A stretch of DNA of 64,000 nucleotides from Octopus bimaculoides (Eukaryota), in assembly GCF_001194135.2 (NCBI RefSeq), contig NC_068981.1, positions 197,179,869 through 197,243,868 of the forward strand. The letters are read 5' to 3'. Position 1 is the first letter of the stretch. Each line of letters starts with the position of its first letter. The notes below the pieces were generated by a model. The model made no database searches. It saw only the letters and a list, made by a program, of their open reading frames with translations, and had not been told where the DNA came from. This document shows positions 1-11,054 of the stretch, in pieces. Made by a program: the position numbers and the translations under genes.

Positions 1-41
1 AATGTTGTCCATAAAGGCCCTTTGTCTTTGTAACAGATTTC

Positions 42-434
42 TCACAATCTGTTGATCTTAGTAACATCTAGCACAAACAAGATGACTGATATCGTGCATC
101 CAGCGGCAATACCTACTTCAAGCCATTGCCACTCTGTTGTGAATTTCCCTGCTGTATATCTCATCCTCAATTTATCGTAACGCATGAGCATTCGTCGAAC
201 ATCTTCCGGACTCCAAAAGAAGTCCATAGCTGCTTGAATTAGTGTGTGTGGGACAGATCCATATGCATTGGCAAGATCTAGCCATACAATGTACAGATTT
301 TTCTTCAGTTGCTTTGTATAACAGTTGATAGCTTCCCAGATGGGAAATGCATGTTCTGTGCATTCGGGGATTCCAGAGATCCCTGCCTTTTGGATTGCTT
401 CATTAACATATCCTTTATGCGACCTCCTCTTTTC
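42..434 (-). mobile_element. HERO-clade (R2 superfamily) non-LTR retrotransposon, reverse transcriptase fragment
   Basis: Stop-free frame 434->42 reads KGYVNEAIQKAGISGIPECTEH...LYIVWLDLANAYGSVPH...WQWLEVGIAAGCTISVILFVL. WLDLANAYGSxPH and GIxxGCTISVILF match HERO-type RT as I recall it. Truncated at both ends. Confidence 0.8.
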
Positions 435-495
435 TCAAGATTTAATATCTGTACACCACTTCTAACACTCTATACATATATATATATATATATCT

Positions 496-528
<33 letters not shown>

Positions 529-552
529 CACACATAAGGATAAGCATATTAA

Positions 553-602
553 AAGGGGTCCGTGGTGGAAACTCATTTAAGTAAAAGGGTCAGAAACCAC
601 TG
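553..602. mobile_element. hAT-like MITE terminus
   Basis: aaggggtccgtgg...gggtcagaaaccactg is the reverse complement of the cagtggtttccaaccc... terminus at about 18251-18300. Confidence 0.45.
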
Positions 603-797
603 TTGTAGTAGAAAACTGGTTGATAAATACAAGAAAAGGAAATACATTCTTAAAAATCCTGCCTGTTGTTGGAATCAGTAGGAGAGCCATGAAGTTGATA
701 AGGAGATGATGGTTGGGTCTCTTAATTCCTGGCTTTTTCAATAGAGTAACTAGTAATCTCCATAAACCTCATTGTAACAACATAAGATTTTACCTAC

Positions 798-1095
798 ATC
801 ATCATCATTTAACGTCCATTGTCCATGCTGGCATGGGTTGGATGTCTTGACTAGGTTGGCACGCTGGAAGGCTGCACCAGACTCCAGTCTGATTTAGCAT
901 GGTTTTCTACAGTCGAATGCCCTTCTTAACGCTAACCACTCCAAGAGGAGTGTAATGAGTGCTTTTAAATGCCAGTTGCATAACACCGGTATCTGCCTTG
1001 TCTGCGATTTTGCTCGGCTTGATGGGTTTTCTCAAGCACGACATAATTCCAGAGGTCTTTGCCATTGCCTCCGTGAGGCCCAGCACTTGAAAGGA
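798..1095 (-). mobile_element. RTE-type LINE 3' end (GAT-tail family)
   Basis: Starts with (CAT)n-ttaacgtcc...ccatgctggcatgggttgg and shares the gatgccctt...aacgctaaccac core with many copies in the window. Confidence 0.75.
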
Positions 1096-1165
1096 ACTCA
1101 ACCACTTTATCTCCAAGCTAAATTAACAGTATCTACACAATGTCTGTCCATCCAATCAGTATCTA

Positions 1166-1292
1166 CAGGGTGTCCACAAGGTCTGGGTACAGGGGATTAA
1201 CACATACTTTAAGAAATTATTATTTCTTATATTTAATTGTTTATGTTATGATTTTATTTACTCCATGTACCCCAGACCTTGTGGACACCCTG
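1166..1292. mobile_element. Tc1/mariner-type micro-MITE (127 bp)
   Basis: TA-cagggtgtccacaaggtctggg...cccagaccttgtggacaccctg-TA: near-perfect TIRs of about 26 bp, TA flanks, AT-rich interior. Confidence 0.8.
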
Positions 1293-1516
1293 TATATTAC
1301 TGTGTCCACACACTCCACATCTATGCACTATGTCTATCTGAAGATCATTTATACAGACTCTACAGGCAAAATCCATGTACATTCTGTATATATCCACCAT
1401 CTACACACTGTATATCCAGTCGACATCTATACACTGTCTGTCCTTTTAAATTATAATTAAGTTTCGCAATTAATCCATTTGTTATATTCTCTTGAATTTT
1501 TCCTGATCCATTTTAG

Positions 1517-1684
1517 GCATTGAAAATAACTGAATATTTAGAAAAGAAATCCATAAAGAATGTGACTGTTGGTACCGTGGAGATGTTCTTAAGTTCTGAA
1601 AAAGAAGTTACCATTATTTCCACTGTCCGAAGTTCCCTAAATGATGAAGAGGAAAGTTCTGTTGGATTTCTCAAGAATCCAAAA
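1517..1684 (+). CDS. MOV10: MOV10/MOV10L1/Armitage-family SF1 RNA helicase, internal exon (motif V region)
   Basis: ttttag|GCA...AAA|gtaagt, 168 bp, phase 0-0. Encodes ALKITEYLEKKSIKNVTVGTVEMFLSSEKEVTIISTVRSSLNDEEESSVGFLKNPK. IISTVRS and GFLxNPK are typical of the MOV10/SDE3 family. MOV10 versus MOV10L1 orthology cannot be resolved from these exons. Confidence 0.88.
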
Positions 1685-1885
1685 GTAAGTAATGTTTTAG
1701 AATTCTATGATATTTTTTTCTTAATTCCCATTTTTAAATATCCAAATTTGATTATAGTACAACTTGCAGTTGACTGTTGCTAGGAGTGAGAGGTCATGTC
1801 AGGAGAGTCTTAGAACATGTTATCATGACATCTTTGATATGACATTCATTTTATTTGTTACTAAGGATACTCTTTAAAAAATTAA

Positions 1886-2665
1886 AAATATGCTGTGCGT
1901 GAGAAGACCCAGCAANNNNNNNNNNNNNNNNNNNNNNNNNNNNNNNNNNNNNNNNNNNNNNNNNNNNNNNNNNNNNNNNNNNNNNNNNNNNNNNNNNNNN
2001 NNNNNNNNNNNNNNNNNNNNNNNNNNNNNNNNNNNNNNNNNNNNNNNNNNNNNNNNNNNNNNNNNNNNNNNNNNNNNNNNNNNNNNNNNNNNNNNNNNNN
2101 NNNNNNNNNNNNNNNNNNNNNNNNNNNNNNNNNNNNNNNNNNNNNNNNNNNNNNNNNNNNNNNNNNNNNNNNNNNNNNNNNNNNNNNNNNNNNNNNNNNN
2201 NNNNNNNNNNNNNNNNNNNNNNNNNNNNNNNNNNNNNNNNNNNNNNNNNNNNNNNNNNNNNNNNNNNNNNNNNNNNNNNNNNNNNNNNNNNNNNNNNNNN
2301 NNNNNNNNNNNNNNNNNNNNNNNNNNNNNNNNNNNNNNNNNNNNNNNNNNNNNNNNNNNNNNNNNNNNNNNNNNNNNNNNNNNNNNNNNNNNNNNNNNNN
2401 NNNNNNNNNNNNNNNNNNNNNNNNNNNNNNNNNNNNNNNNNNNNNNNNNNNNNNNNNNNNNNNNNNNNNNNNNNNNNNNGCCTGACTGGCCTTCGTGCGG
2501 GTGACATGTAAAAGCACCCACTACACTCTCAGAGTGGTTGGCATTAGGAAGGGCATCCAGCTGTAGAATCTCTGCCAGATCAGACTGGAGCATGGTGCAG
2601 CCATCTGGTTCCACCAGTCCTCAGTCAAATCGTCCGACCCATGCCAGCATGGAAAGTGGACGTTA
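1886..2665 (+). mobile_element. RTE-type LINE 3' end spanning an N gap
   Basis: tgctgtgcgtgagaagaccc ORF-end motif before the gap; family 3' UTR core after it. Confidence 0.6.
1916..2479. other. Assembly gap
   Basis: N run. Other large gaps: 5727-5919, 9182-9691, 23592-24218, 37626-37983, 56414-56998. Ten-N gaps lie near 3418, 22998, 32510 and 63489. Confidence 0.99.
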
Positions 2666-2922
2666 TGAGAAATGTCACAACTTTAGATTCCTGCAAAAGT
2701 TTTGAACTTAACTTTCTTCTCATCGTATTCCTGTCGGAATGTTATTGCCTTTGTTTCAATGAATTGTGAAAATAATGAAGAATTTAATAAAATGGATTTC
2801 TCATCACTAAACTGACGTTTGGAACATAAATAATTGAATTTTAAATTGGTCAATACAATGAAGAATGAAAGATTTTACCTTTTGAAAATGAGAATTCTTG
2901 TAAAAACTTGTGTATCAACATA

Positions 2923-3524
2923 CGAGGGTGAGTCAAAAAGTAATGCCATTTTGTTTAGGACAGATATAATTACCAACACAGGAACATGTATCATGCATCA
3001 AAATGAAGCTGGTCCTCTGTGGATCACATCCCTACTTCTCAACATAGTCACCGTTTCTCTCAATAGCAATGTTCCACCTTTGAATGAGAGCATGTATCCC
3101 TGCCCCGTAAAATTCTGTTGACTGTTCTTTGAGCCACTTCTTCACTACAGTTTTCACTTCCTCGTCACTGGACTATCATCTCTTCGGCCCCATGAAAGAG
3201 GGTTTGAGAAGCAAACATTATTCCAGTGACGAGGATGTGAAAACTGTAGTGAAGAAGTGGCTCAAAGAACAGTCAACAGAATTTTACAGAGCAGGGATAC
3301 ATGCTCTCCTTCAAAGGTAGAATATTGCTATTGAGAGAAACGGTGACTATGTTGAGAAGTAGGGATGTGATCCACAGAGGACCAGCTTCATTTTGATGTA
3401 TGATACATGTTCCTGTGNNNNNNNNNNCAGAGGACCAGCTTCATTTTGATGTATGATACATGTTCCTGTGTTGGTAATTATACCTGTCCTAAACAAAAGG
3501 ACATTACTTTTTGACTCACCCACG
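2923..3524. mobile_element. Fold-back mariner derivative (two transposase 3' ends in inverted orientation)
   Basis: TA-cgagggtgagtcaaaaagtaatg...cattactttttgactcacccacg-TA. The right arm encodes DYHLFGPMKEGLRSKHYSSDEDVKTVVKKWLKEQSTEFYRAGIHALLQR, a mariner C-terminus. The left arm (about 250 bp) is its reverse complement. Confidence 0.9.
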
Positions 3525-4026
3525 TATTTGCCAGTCAGATGCCTCCAATAATTGTAGAGGCAGGAATGGGGACACAGGAATCTATGAGGTACATTCAAAA
3601 ACATTGCAAGTTTTTTCAGGGAGTTATTACAATCAAAATAGGTCTTTGACCCCTACTTGTTTACCCCCCCAACCTCAGTTTCTTGACAGAAGTGGTCCTG
3701 GGACCAAGGCCTCTACTATAACTTTTAAGAAATGTGGTGGTAATGTAGCTATGGAAGGCAGGGATGCTACTCCCTGAGACCCCTTTCGGAGCCCCTCCCC
3801 CCACGCCTATAATAAGAGAATTCTATGTTTGTCCATTCTACCTTGATCAAGATGTTCAGCCCTGTTTGTTGTGTTAGTCATTGAGACAGAAAAACCATTG
3901 GGTTGCACAGCCAAATATACCTTCAGACATTCCGTTAATAAGAGGGTTAAGTGCCTTAGACATGGTGCAAGAAATGCGATGAGACACAATAGGCGTTTCC
4001 AAATGGTATTCTACAACACCATTGTT

Positions 4027-4490
4027 CATCATCATCATCATCGTTTAACGTCCATTTTCCATGCTGGCATGAGTTGGACGGTTCAACCGGGGTCTGGGAA
4101 GCCAGGAGGCTGCACCAGGCTCCAGTCTGATCTGGCAAGATTTCTACAGCTGGATGCCCTTCCTAATGCTAACCACTTCGAGACTGTAGTGGGTGCTTTT
4201 TACATGCCACTGGCACAGGGGCCCGAGGAGACTGGTATCGACCATGTTTACATCTTGCTTTTACATGCCAACAGTACGGGAGCCAGTCGAGGTGGCGCTG
4301 GCATCGGCCACATTTGAGTGGTGCTTTTTATGTGCCACCAGTACAGGAGGCTGGCATCGACCACATTCGGATGGTGCCTTTAACGTGCCACCAGTTCAGG
4401 GAGCCAGCCAGACAGGCGGCGCTGGCATCAGCCACAACTACAATTTCCATTTGATTGTGGTTTGATGTATTTGACTCAATAGGTCTCCTT
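4027..4490 (-). mobile_element. RTE-type LINE 3' UTR with tandem hairpin modules
   Basis: (CAT)n tail at the left, family core, then several gtgcc-nnn-ggcac modules. Confidence 0.75.
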
Positions 4491-4954
4491 GGAGAAAATA
4501 GTAAATGTTTGTGTTAACGATAAATTGTGGTAAGCCTCTTGGCAAATTACATAACTACATGTGATTTTTGTTAATCCATGTTGTGCTGGTTCCTTTAGAA
4601 AAGATATGTCTTGGCATTCAATTTCTACCAGAATATTAAACATTTGACTAGAAGATGGTAATATAACAGACTTGCGGCTGCAGTAAAAAATCACTTCTGG
4701 AGAAACGTATATCATTTGTTGAAGGTCGACTGACATGTGGTTCCATATAAAACACAGAAACTTCTGTTGGAAGAGAAGAGTTAATTTCTAGATCAGAGAC
4801 AAAGCATCAGAAAGTTTAATCTTGTTCTGTTTTGTTAAATCACTGAATTCCAAGCAGAAATAAAACCACAACAAATACTTTATTTGAATTAAGTGACTTG
4901 TAAAAATAAACTAAATGAACTGTTATTAATTATATTTCTGCAATTATATTTCAG

Positions 4955-5043
4955 CGCTTCAATGTGGCCCTCACACGAGCTAAAGCATTACAGATCGTTG
5001 TAGGCAATGCTCAAGTCCTGAAACAGGTGCCAAGCTGGGAAAG
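4955..5043 (+). CDS. MOV10: MOV10-family helicase, exon carrying motif VI
   Basis: tttcag|CGC...GAA AG|gtaata, 89 bp, phase 0-2. Encodes RFNVALTRAKALQIVVGNAQVLKQVPSWE and continues NPK-RFNVA in frame from the previous exon. Confidence 0.92.
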
Positions 5044-5429
5044 GTAATAATAAAATTCATCATCACCACCACTACCATCATCCTCATCACCACCATCTGC
5101 ATCATCATCATCATCAGCTGCTGCTGATTTGCCTGCTGGGATTGGTTGGTTGGGTTATCACAATCCAAGTCCTCCACTGTTGAGAACCATTATCCAAAGA
5201 CTACTGGTTCTTCATGTAATTTCACTGAAGAGCTGAAGGCACGTGGCATAACGGTTAGCTCAGTCTTAAGTTAGTCACTGGGGACACCAGGGCACAAAGG
5301 AGAGCACTCTCCCTAATGTGTGAAGAATTCTGTAAAGCTATTCTTTTATATGATATACCAATTTTTCTAGCTTCTCAGCCCAAGAAACTGTAAAAGTAAT
5401 TACCCAATCAACAATGGGTATTACTGCTA

Positions 5430-5460
<31 letters not shown>

Positions 5461-5461
<1 letters not shown>

Positions 5462-6155
5462 GAAGACCTGGGCTGAGGTGGTGAGGCAAGACCTTCGTAC
5501 ATTGGGCCTCACCGAGGCGATGACTACTGACCGAGACCTTTGGAAATGTGCTGTGTGTGAGAAGACCCGGCAAGCCAAGTAAGATCGTTGCCAGTGCCCC
5601 TGGACTGGCTCTTGTGCGGGTGGCACATGAGATGCACCATTTTGAGCGTGGCCGTTGCCAGTACCACCTGACTGGCTCCCGTAGGATTTTCGAGTGAGAT
5701 CGTTGCCAGTGCCCCTGGACTGGCTTNNNNNNNNNNNNNNNNNNNNNNNNNNNNNNNNNNNNNNNNNNNNNNNNNNNNNNNNNNNNNNNNNNNNNNNNNN
5801 NNNNNNNNNNNNNNNNNNNNNNNNNNNNNNNNNNNNNNNNNNNNNNNNNNNNNNNNNNNNNNNNNNNNNNNNNNNNNNNNNNNNNNNNNNNNNNNNNNNN
5901 NNNNNNNNNNNNNNNNNNNGCGGGTGGCACATGAAAGACACCATTTCGAGCGTGGCCGTTTTCGTGCGGGTGACACGTAAAAGCACCCACTACACTCTCT
6001 GAGTGGTTGGCGTTAGGAAGGGCATCCAGCTGTAGAAACTCTGCCAAATTAGATTGGAGCCTGGTGTTGCCATCTGGTTTCACCAGTCCTCAGTCAAATC
6101 GTCCAACCCATGCTAGCATGGAAAGCGGACGTTAAACGATGATGATGATGATGAT
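5461..6155 (+). mobile_element. RTE-type LINE: ORF C-terminus plus 3' UTR and (GAT)n tail
   Basis: KTWAEVVRQDLRTLGLTEAMTTDRDLWKCAVCEKTRQAK* is followed by the repeat body. This shows the GAT-tail repeats are 5'-truncated LINE ends. Confidence 0.82.
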
Positions 6156-6164
6156 ACACACACA

Positions 6165-6325
6165 TACAGGATTTTTTCAGTTTCCATCTACCAATTCCAC
6201 TCACAAGGTTTTGGTTGGCCTGAGATTATAATAAAAGACACCTGTCTAAGGTACCACACAGTGGGACTGAACTTGGAACCATGCAATTGGGAAGCATGTT
6301 TCTTACCACACCGAGTACAGGTAGG
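6165..6325 (-). mobile_element. tRNA-derived SINE family A, 5' half
   Basis: Reverse complement of gtgtggtaagaa...gttcagtcccactg...ttggtagatggaaactgaaa, followed by a CA tract. Confidence 0.65.
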
Positions 6326-6329
6326 CATT

Positions 6330-7490
6330 CATCAAGGCTCAGCCCCGTCTTTTTCATCATTGTTCTCCAGGCCATAACAGTCATTCAAGGCTGGGAACTA
6401 CTATACTTTGATGTAACAAACTCCATATCGGAGCCAGAAGAGAAATTCCAGGTGTGGAATCTAAGGGCTTCAGGGTTAACTTTAGGGTTAAGCAAGGCAA
6501 CAGACAGAACCCCACACTCTTCAGACAGGTAGCCTTGCTCAGTTTGTAGATAAGGTGTAGGCAGGAACTCCATACAGTGTACCCAGTGGAGTCTATGGAC
6601 ATAAGAGGTGCAGTGGATTAATAGGAAGGTTATCAGAGAAGGTAGTGTTTGTATGTGGAAGATGCACAGCATCCATAAAAACTTTAGAGACTCAGGAAAT
6701 TGATTCCCTCAAATTCCTTGGTGGCTCATTAGAGGTAGTGGGGGAAGGATGCACGGAAAATGTGATAACTAGAATAAGATGAGGGAAATTCAGAGAAGTT
6801 AACCTTTATTGGCCCCAAAAGGTTTCTCTTTCTGAGTGAAAGGAAGATTGTATGATGCATGTATATGGACAGCAATTCTACATGGTGGTGAGATGTGGAC
6901 CCTGAATGCAGAGGACATGTTAAGGTTAGGGAGGAATGAGGCCAGTAGGCACCTCTGGTTATGCAATGTAAGTGCTAGTGTTCTGAGAGAGAAGTTAGAC
7001 ACGAGGAATTGGATGTTGTGTGCAAGAGAGAAGACTGCACTGGTTTGGCCATGTGGTGCAGATGAATGCTGATAGCAAAGTAGCTGGAATATGTGAAAGA
7101 GGAGGAACCAGCAAAATGTGGGATGAAATACTGAAGGACGATCTCAGAACAGTCAACCTTTTGGGTGAGTTGACAAAGGACCAAGATACCTGGTACTTTG
7201 CTGCACTCAAGAAGAGCCGTACTCCAAAGCAGAAGAGTTATGGCTGTTTCCTCTGGGGAAGTGGCTTGATCTACCTGTGAGAGTCCTCTGCTGGTACCAC
7301 ATAAAAAGCACTCTTGCCAGTGTCACGTACAAGCTCCCAGCACACTCTGTAAGGTGGTTGGCAATAGGAAAGGTACCCAGTTGTAGAAACCATGCCGAAT
7401 CAGACTGGAGCCTGGTGCAGCTCTGGTCAAACCAACCAACCTGTGCTAGTATTGAAAACAAACATTAAATGATGATGATGATGATGATGT
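6330..7490 (+). mobile_element. Degenerate RTE LINE (RT domain to tail)
   Basis: Remnants include FFIIVLQAI, WELLY, EEKFQVW, KGRLYDACIWTAILHGGEMW, ERRLHWFGHVVQM and MWDEILKDDLR. The family 3' UTR and (GAT)n follow. Confidence 0.8.
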
Positions 7491-7504
7491 ATAGGTTACA
7501 TATC

Positions 7505-7535
<31 letters not shown>

Positions 7536-7807
7536 AGTGTGATAGCTTTTTGAATCATTATACTCTGGATAGAATTTTATTAGTTGAGGAATGGTGTGTA
7601 GAAAAATTCCAAATTGAAATTTTAGTCTGGGTCCCAAAGACTGCTACAGTTTGAGGTGTAGGAAGGTATGCATTGCTGTATAGGAGGCAGGTAGAGTAAT
7701 TTCAAATGATGTGTGTGAAGTGGGTCTCATTGATTTTCTTGTTAACTACCATCTCAGTTGATAACTTTTATCAATATTTTCTTTTTTCTTTTCTTTTTTA
7801 CCTGCAG

Positions 7808-7892
7808 CTTCATTTCGTATTGCCAGGTGAACAACAGTTTCATTGAAGACAAACTACGAAAGGAAAAGAAGAAAGGCAAAACTAAAAAATAA
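7808..7892 (+). CDS. MOV10: MOV10-family helicase, terminal coding exon
   Basis: Pyrimidine tract-cctgcag|C TTC ATT TCG TAT TGC...TAA. Phase 2 matches the previous exon. Encodes (S)FISYCQVNNSFIEDKLRKEKKKGKTKK*, fitting the family W-x-x-F-I-x-Y-C-x-x-N pattern. Confidence 0.85.
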
Positions 7893-8229
7893 GAATCCAT
7901 TTTTTTTTCTTTTGGCAACCATAAAACAACCTGAAAGCCGAGTGTTCAGCTTTTCTTGGCTGACATTTGATAGGAAACTCACTAAACACAATATTTTGCT
8001 CTTAAAAACAATTTTCTTCAAACAATTTTCTGATTCCTTCTCAAAGATAAAAAGAGGCCAACTTTTATTGAATTTTATTTGAACTTGAGGCACATGAATG
8101 TGAAATGAAATATAATTGTATGCAACTGGACAGGAGAAGAGCTTTTTGTGATGAAAATATTCTTGGGATGTTTTTTTTTTTTTTTTCTTATTAACATGAA
8201 AAGATCACTGACTTGTTGCTGACATTATA

Positions 8230-8670
8230 CCTTCTTCAGGTGCCATGTCCAGAATGTAGGACAAAAGTCAGTCATGTCCTGCCATACTGTTCTTTGTTTT
8301 CTTTGTAACAGTTCTACTTTGTGATGTTCGATGCCTCTTCCTTTCAACCATTTCTTCAAGTTTGGCATCATCCGTCTTCTTCATCTGCTTCTTTTCTCTT
8401 CAATCTTTCTGGTCATCACTAAATTCTCCAAGCCCTCTTTCCTCTTCAGTTGCTTGGCCCTTATCTTTTGAAGTAGTTTCCTATTTACTGCAGCCTGGAT
8501 CATCACTTCTTCATCAGAAACTTTGTCCATGCTATCCTCAATTTTCTCCTTAAGAACCACATTTTACAGCTCACCACGCATCTTCTCATTCCTCATGTTA
8601 CAGACCATGCCTCACTTCCACACAGGCTAGACATAGCAGTCCAATATCCAGGTCTTCGTCTTGACGCACA
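8230..8670 (-). mobile_element. Second RTE-like LINE, C-terminal fragment
   Basis: Minus-strand remnants KQLKRKEGLENLVMTRKIEEKRSR resemble the RTE EGLENLxxTGKIEGKRxRGR region. Confidence 0.65.
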
Positions 8671-8933
8671 ATGCAGAAAAACCAGTGATGATTGATATTA
8701 TTCAGAGTCAAATGTTTTTATACATAACATTGTATGTAAAGAGAGATTTCTCCCAAGAATATTTCAGCAGCAAAATGGATCTCTGCCCATCCAGGTAGAG
8801 ACAAATGTATTAAATATGATTATACACATTAAATATTTTCATGATGTTGGTAAAATTTCTAAAAGATGTTCAAACCACTCTCCCTTCAAACGACCCAAAA
8901 GGGGGGGGGGGCCAAAACAAACTTGTCTCTTAA

Positions 8934-9157
8934 CCCTTTTGTTACCAGACTTATGTTGAGGTGTTCTATGTTTTTTTAATTTTTATTTTTAAATATAGTA
9001 AAGAATTTAGTAAAATAACTTAGTTATCATTAAGCTAGTGTTAGGAACATAAATTGTAACTAAGGTTTGGTGGAAGATTTGAATTCAGAACTTTTAAAAA
9101 CAAGACATTTGTAGTACAGAGCCAGAGCTGGTTTCAGCCAGGTTGGTATCAAAAGGG
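8934..9157. mobile_element. piggyBac-like MITE
   Basis: TTAA-cccttttgttacca...tggtatcaaaaggg-TTGA. A partial inverted copy lies at about 54861-55037. Confidence 0.65.
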
Positions 9158-9759
9158 TTGAGTCAATTATTTGTTAACCCTNNNNNNNNNNNNNNNNNNN
9201 NNNNNNNNNNNNNNNNNNNNNNNNNNNNNNNNNNNNNNNNNNNNNNNNNNNNNNNNNNNNNNNNNNNNNNNNNNNNNNNNNNNNNNNNNNNNNNNNNNNN
9301 NNNNNNNNNNNNNNNNNNNNNNNNNNNNNNNNNNNNNNNNNNNNNNNNNNNNNNNNNNNNNNNNNNNNNNNNNNNNNNNNNNNNNNNNNNNNNNNNNNNN
9401 NNNNNNNNNNNNNNNNNNNNNNNNNNNNNNNNNNNNNNNNNNNNNNNNNNNNNNNNNNNNNNNNNNNNNNNNNNNNNNNNNNNNNNNNNNNNNNNNNNNN
9501 NNNNNNNNNNNNNNNNNNNNNNNNNNNNNNNNNNNNNNNNNNNNNNNNNNNNNNNNNNNNNNNNNNNNNNNNNNNNNNNNNNNNNNNNNNNNNNNNNNNN
9601 NNNNNNNNNNNNNNNNNNNNNNNNNNNNNNNNNNNNNNNNNNNNNNNNNNNNNNNNNNNNNNNNNNNNNNNNNNNNNNNNNNNNNNNNNNNCTGTAGAAC
9701 TATTCACTGTATTTATCCTGGTTGTGAATGAGATTTGTGTGAGATCGTCTTCAGTAAAA

Positions 9760-10176
9760 CCCTTTTGCATTCAGATTATTCTGTTAAATGGCAGTCTCTG
9801 GAAATTTCACCAGAAACATTTTCGCTGTGGGAAGATTTGTCATTGGCAAACAAGCAGGCTATAAACTAGATGATGCATTTTAAAGAAATTATCTTTAATT
9901 GGAAGGTCACTTGATGAAGTTGTCATTTTAAGAGACCACTTTTTTCTTTTTGCAATTTTTTTTTTTTTTTTTTCCAGCAAAATTTCCCCACAGCTGCAAT
10001 AATTCTTTATTCACATCATTTCAAATCAATCATACATTAATTCATAGCTTTAAGATTTCGATGATGTGATTTTTTTGTTTAAAATTTTTAGAATAACATT
10101 GTAGGATGGGTGTGAGAGGCCGGACCCAGTCAGTTTGACTGTAAAATGGAATAGTTAGGCCTGATATGCTAAAAGG
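9760..10176. mobile_element. piggyBac-like MITE
   Basis: ccctttt gcattcag...atgctaaaagg-TTAA termini. Confidence 0.5.
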
Positions 10177-10863
10177 TTAACGCTGTCCATCTTCTCTGCT
10201 GACATGAGTCAGACATTTTGACAGGATCCAACAAACCCCAGGGCTGTGATGTTTGTTTTTGGAAGGTTTTTTTTAACCTGCAAGACAAGCAAAAGAAGAC
10301 ACGGTGGGGGTGGGGAGTGGGGGTTATGCCAATTATTGAAAGAACAACAGGGGAACAGGTATCCTGCTGTAGAAGAGATAAAGATGGGGGTCGAGAGGGG
10401 AATATGTGTGGTAGAGGTGAAAGGAAAAGGAGTGGCTCAGGGAATAAAAAAAAACGATAGTGTGTGTGGGGGGTATACTGGTTGGAATAAGTCATGTCTT
10501 TACCTCTGCAAATTCTGTGTGACCCATGGGGAGAATGGAAAAGTGTAATGTGTGTGTCCCCAAATTGGGAAATGTGTCTTAATATTTTTTGCAATAAACT
10601 ATTAAAACTACAAAACATTCAACAGTCTTTCCCCCCCCCCTCCCCCTTTCTTTCCTGTGGTTACACAATTGTTCATGTTACACATATTAAACACACACTA
10701 TAATTTTACAAGAAAAGAGGTCTCAATACCTTCAAAGTTGCAGCCTGCTGGCCTTTGTCGGACAGTCTGATGAAGACCACCACATTGAAACATTAGAATC
10801 TTGTAAAAGTTTCTCACATTTACGTACTCTGCTAACAAAGTACTTGTCCCTCTCTTTAATGCT

Positions 10864-11054
10864 AAATTGTTATAACTCCGTATAAAAACAAACATACATT
10901 TTTTTTATATATATCATCATCATCATCATCATTGTTTAACGTCCGTCTTCAATGCTAGTATGGGTTGGATGCTAGCATGGAAGGCGGACATTAAACAATG
11001 ATGATATACATAAAAATGTATGTTTGTTTTCATACGGAGTTATTAAAACAATTT
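10864..11054. repeat. Long imperfect inverted repeat (LINE tail plus flank)
   Basis: Arm 10864-10959 pairs with arm 10970-11054, with several mismatches and a different CAT copy number. Confidence 0.85.

Noticed and set aside
1851-2614. Long ORFs full of X, here and at the other gaps
   Set aside because: They are artefacts of translating through N runs.
3368-3470. Tandem duplication flanking a 10-N gap
   Set aside because: This is the typical overlap of two contig ends at a nominal gap, so it is an assembly artefact.
4476-4736. 86-aa antisense ORF in the helicase intron
   Set aside because: No recognisable motif or splice support, and the length is within chance.
10767-10795. CTGATGA...GAAAC hammerhead-like spacing
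   Set aside because: Neither stem II nor stem I pairs. At best it is a heavily decayed relic.
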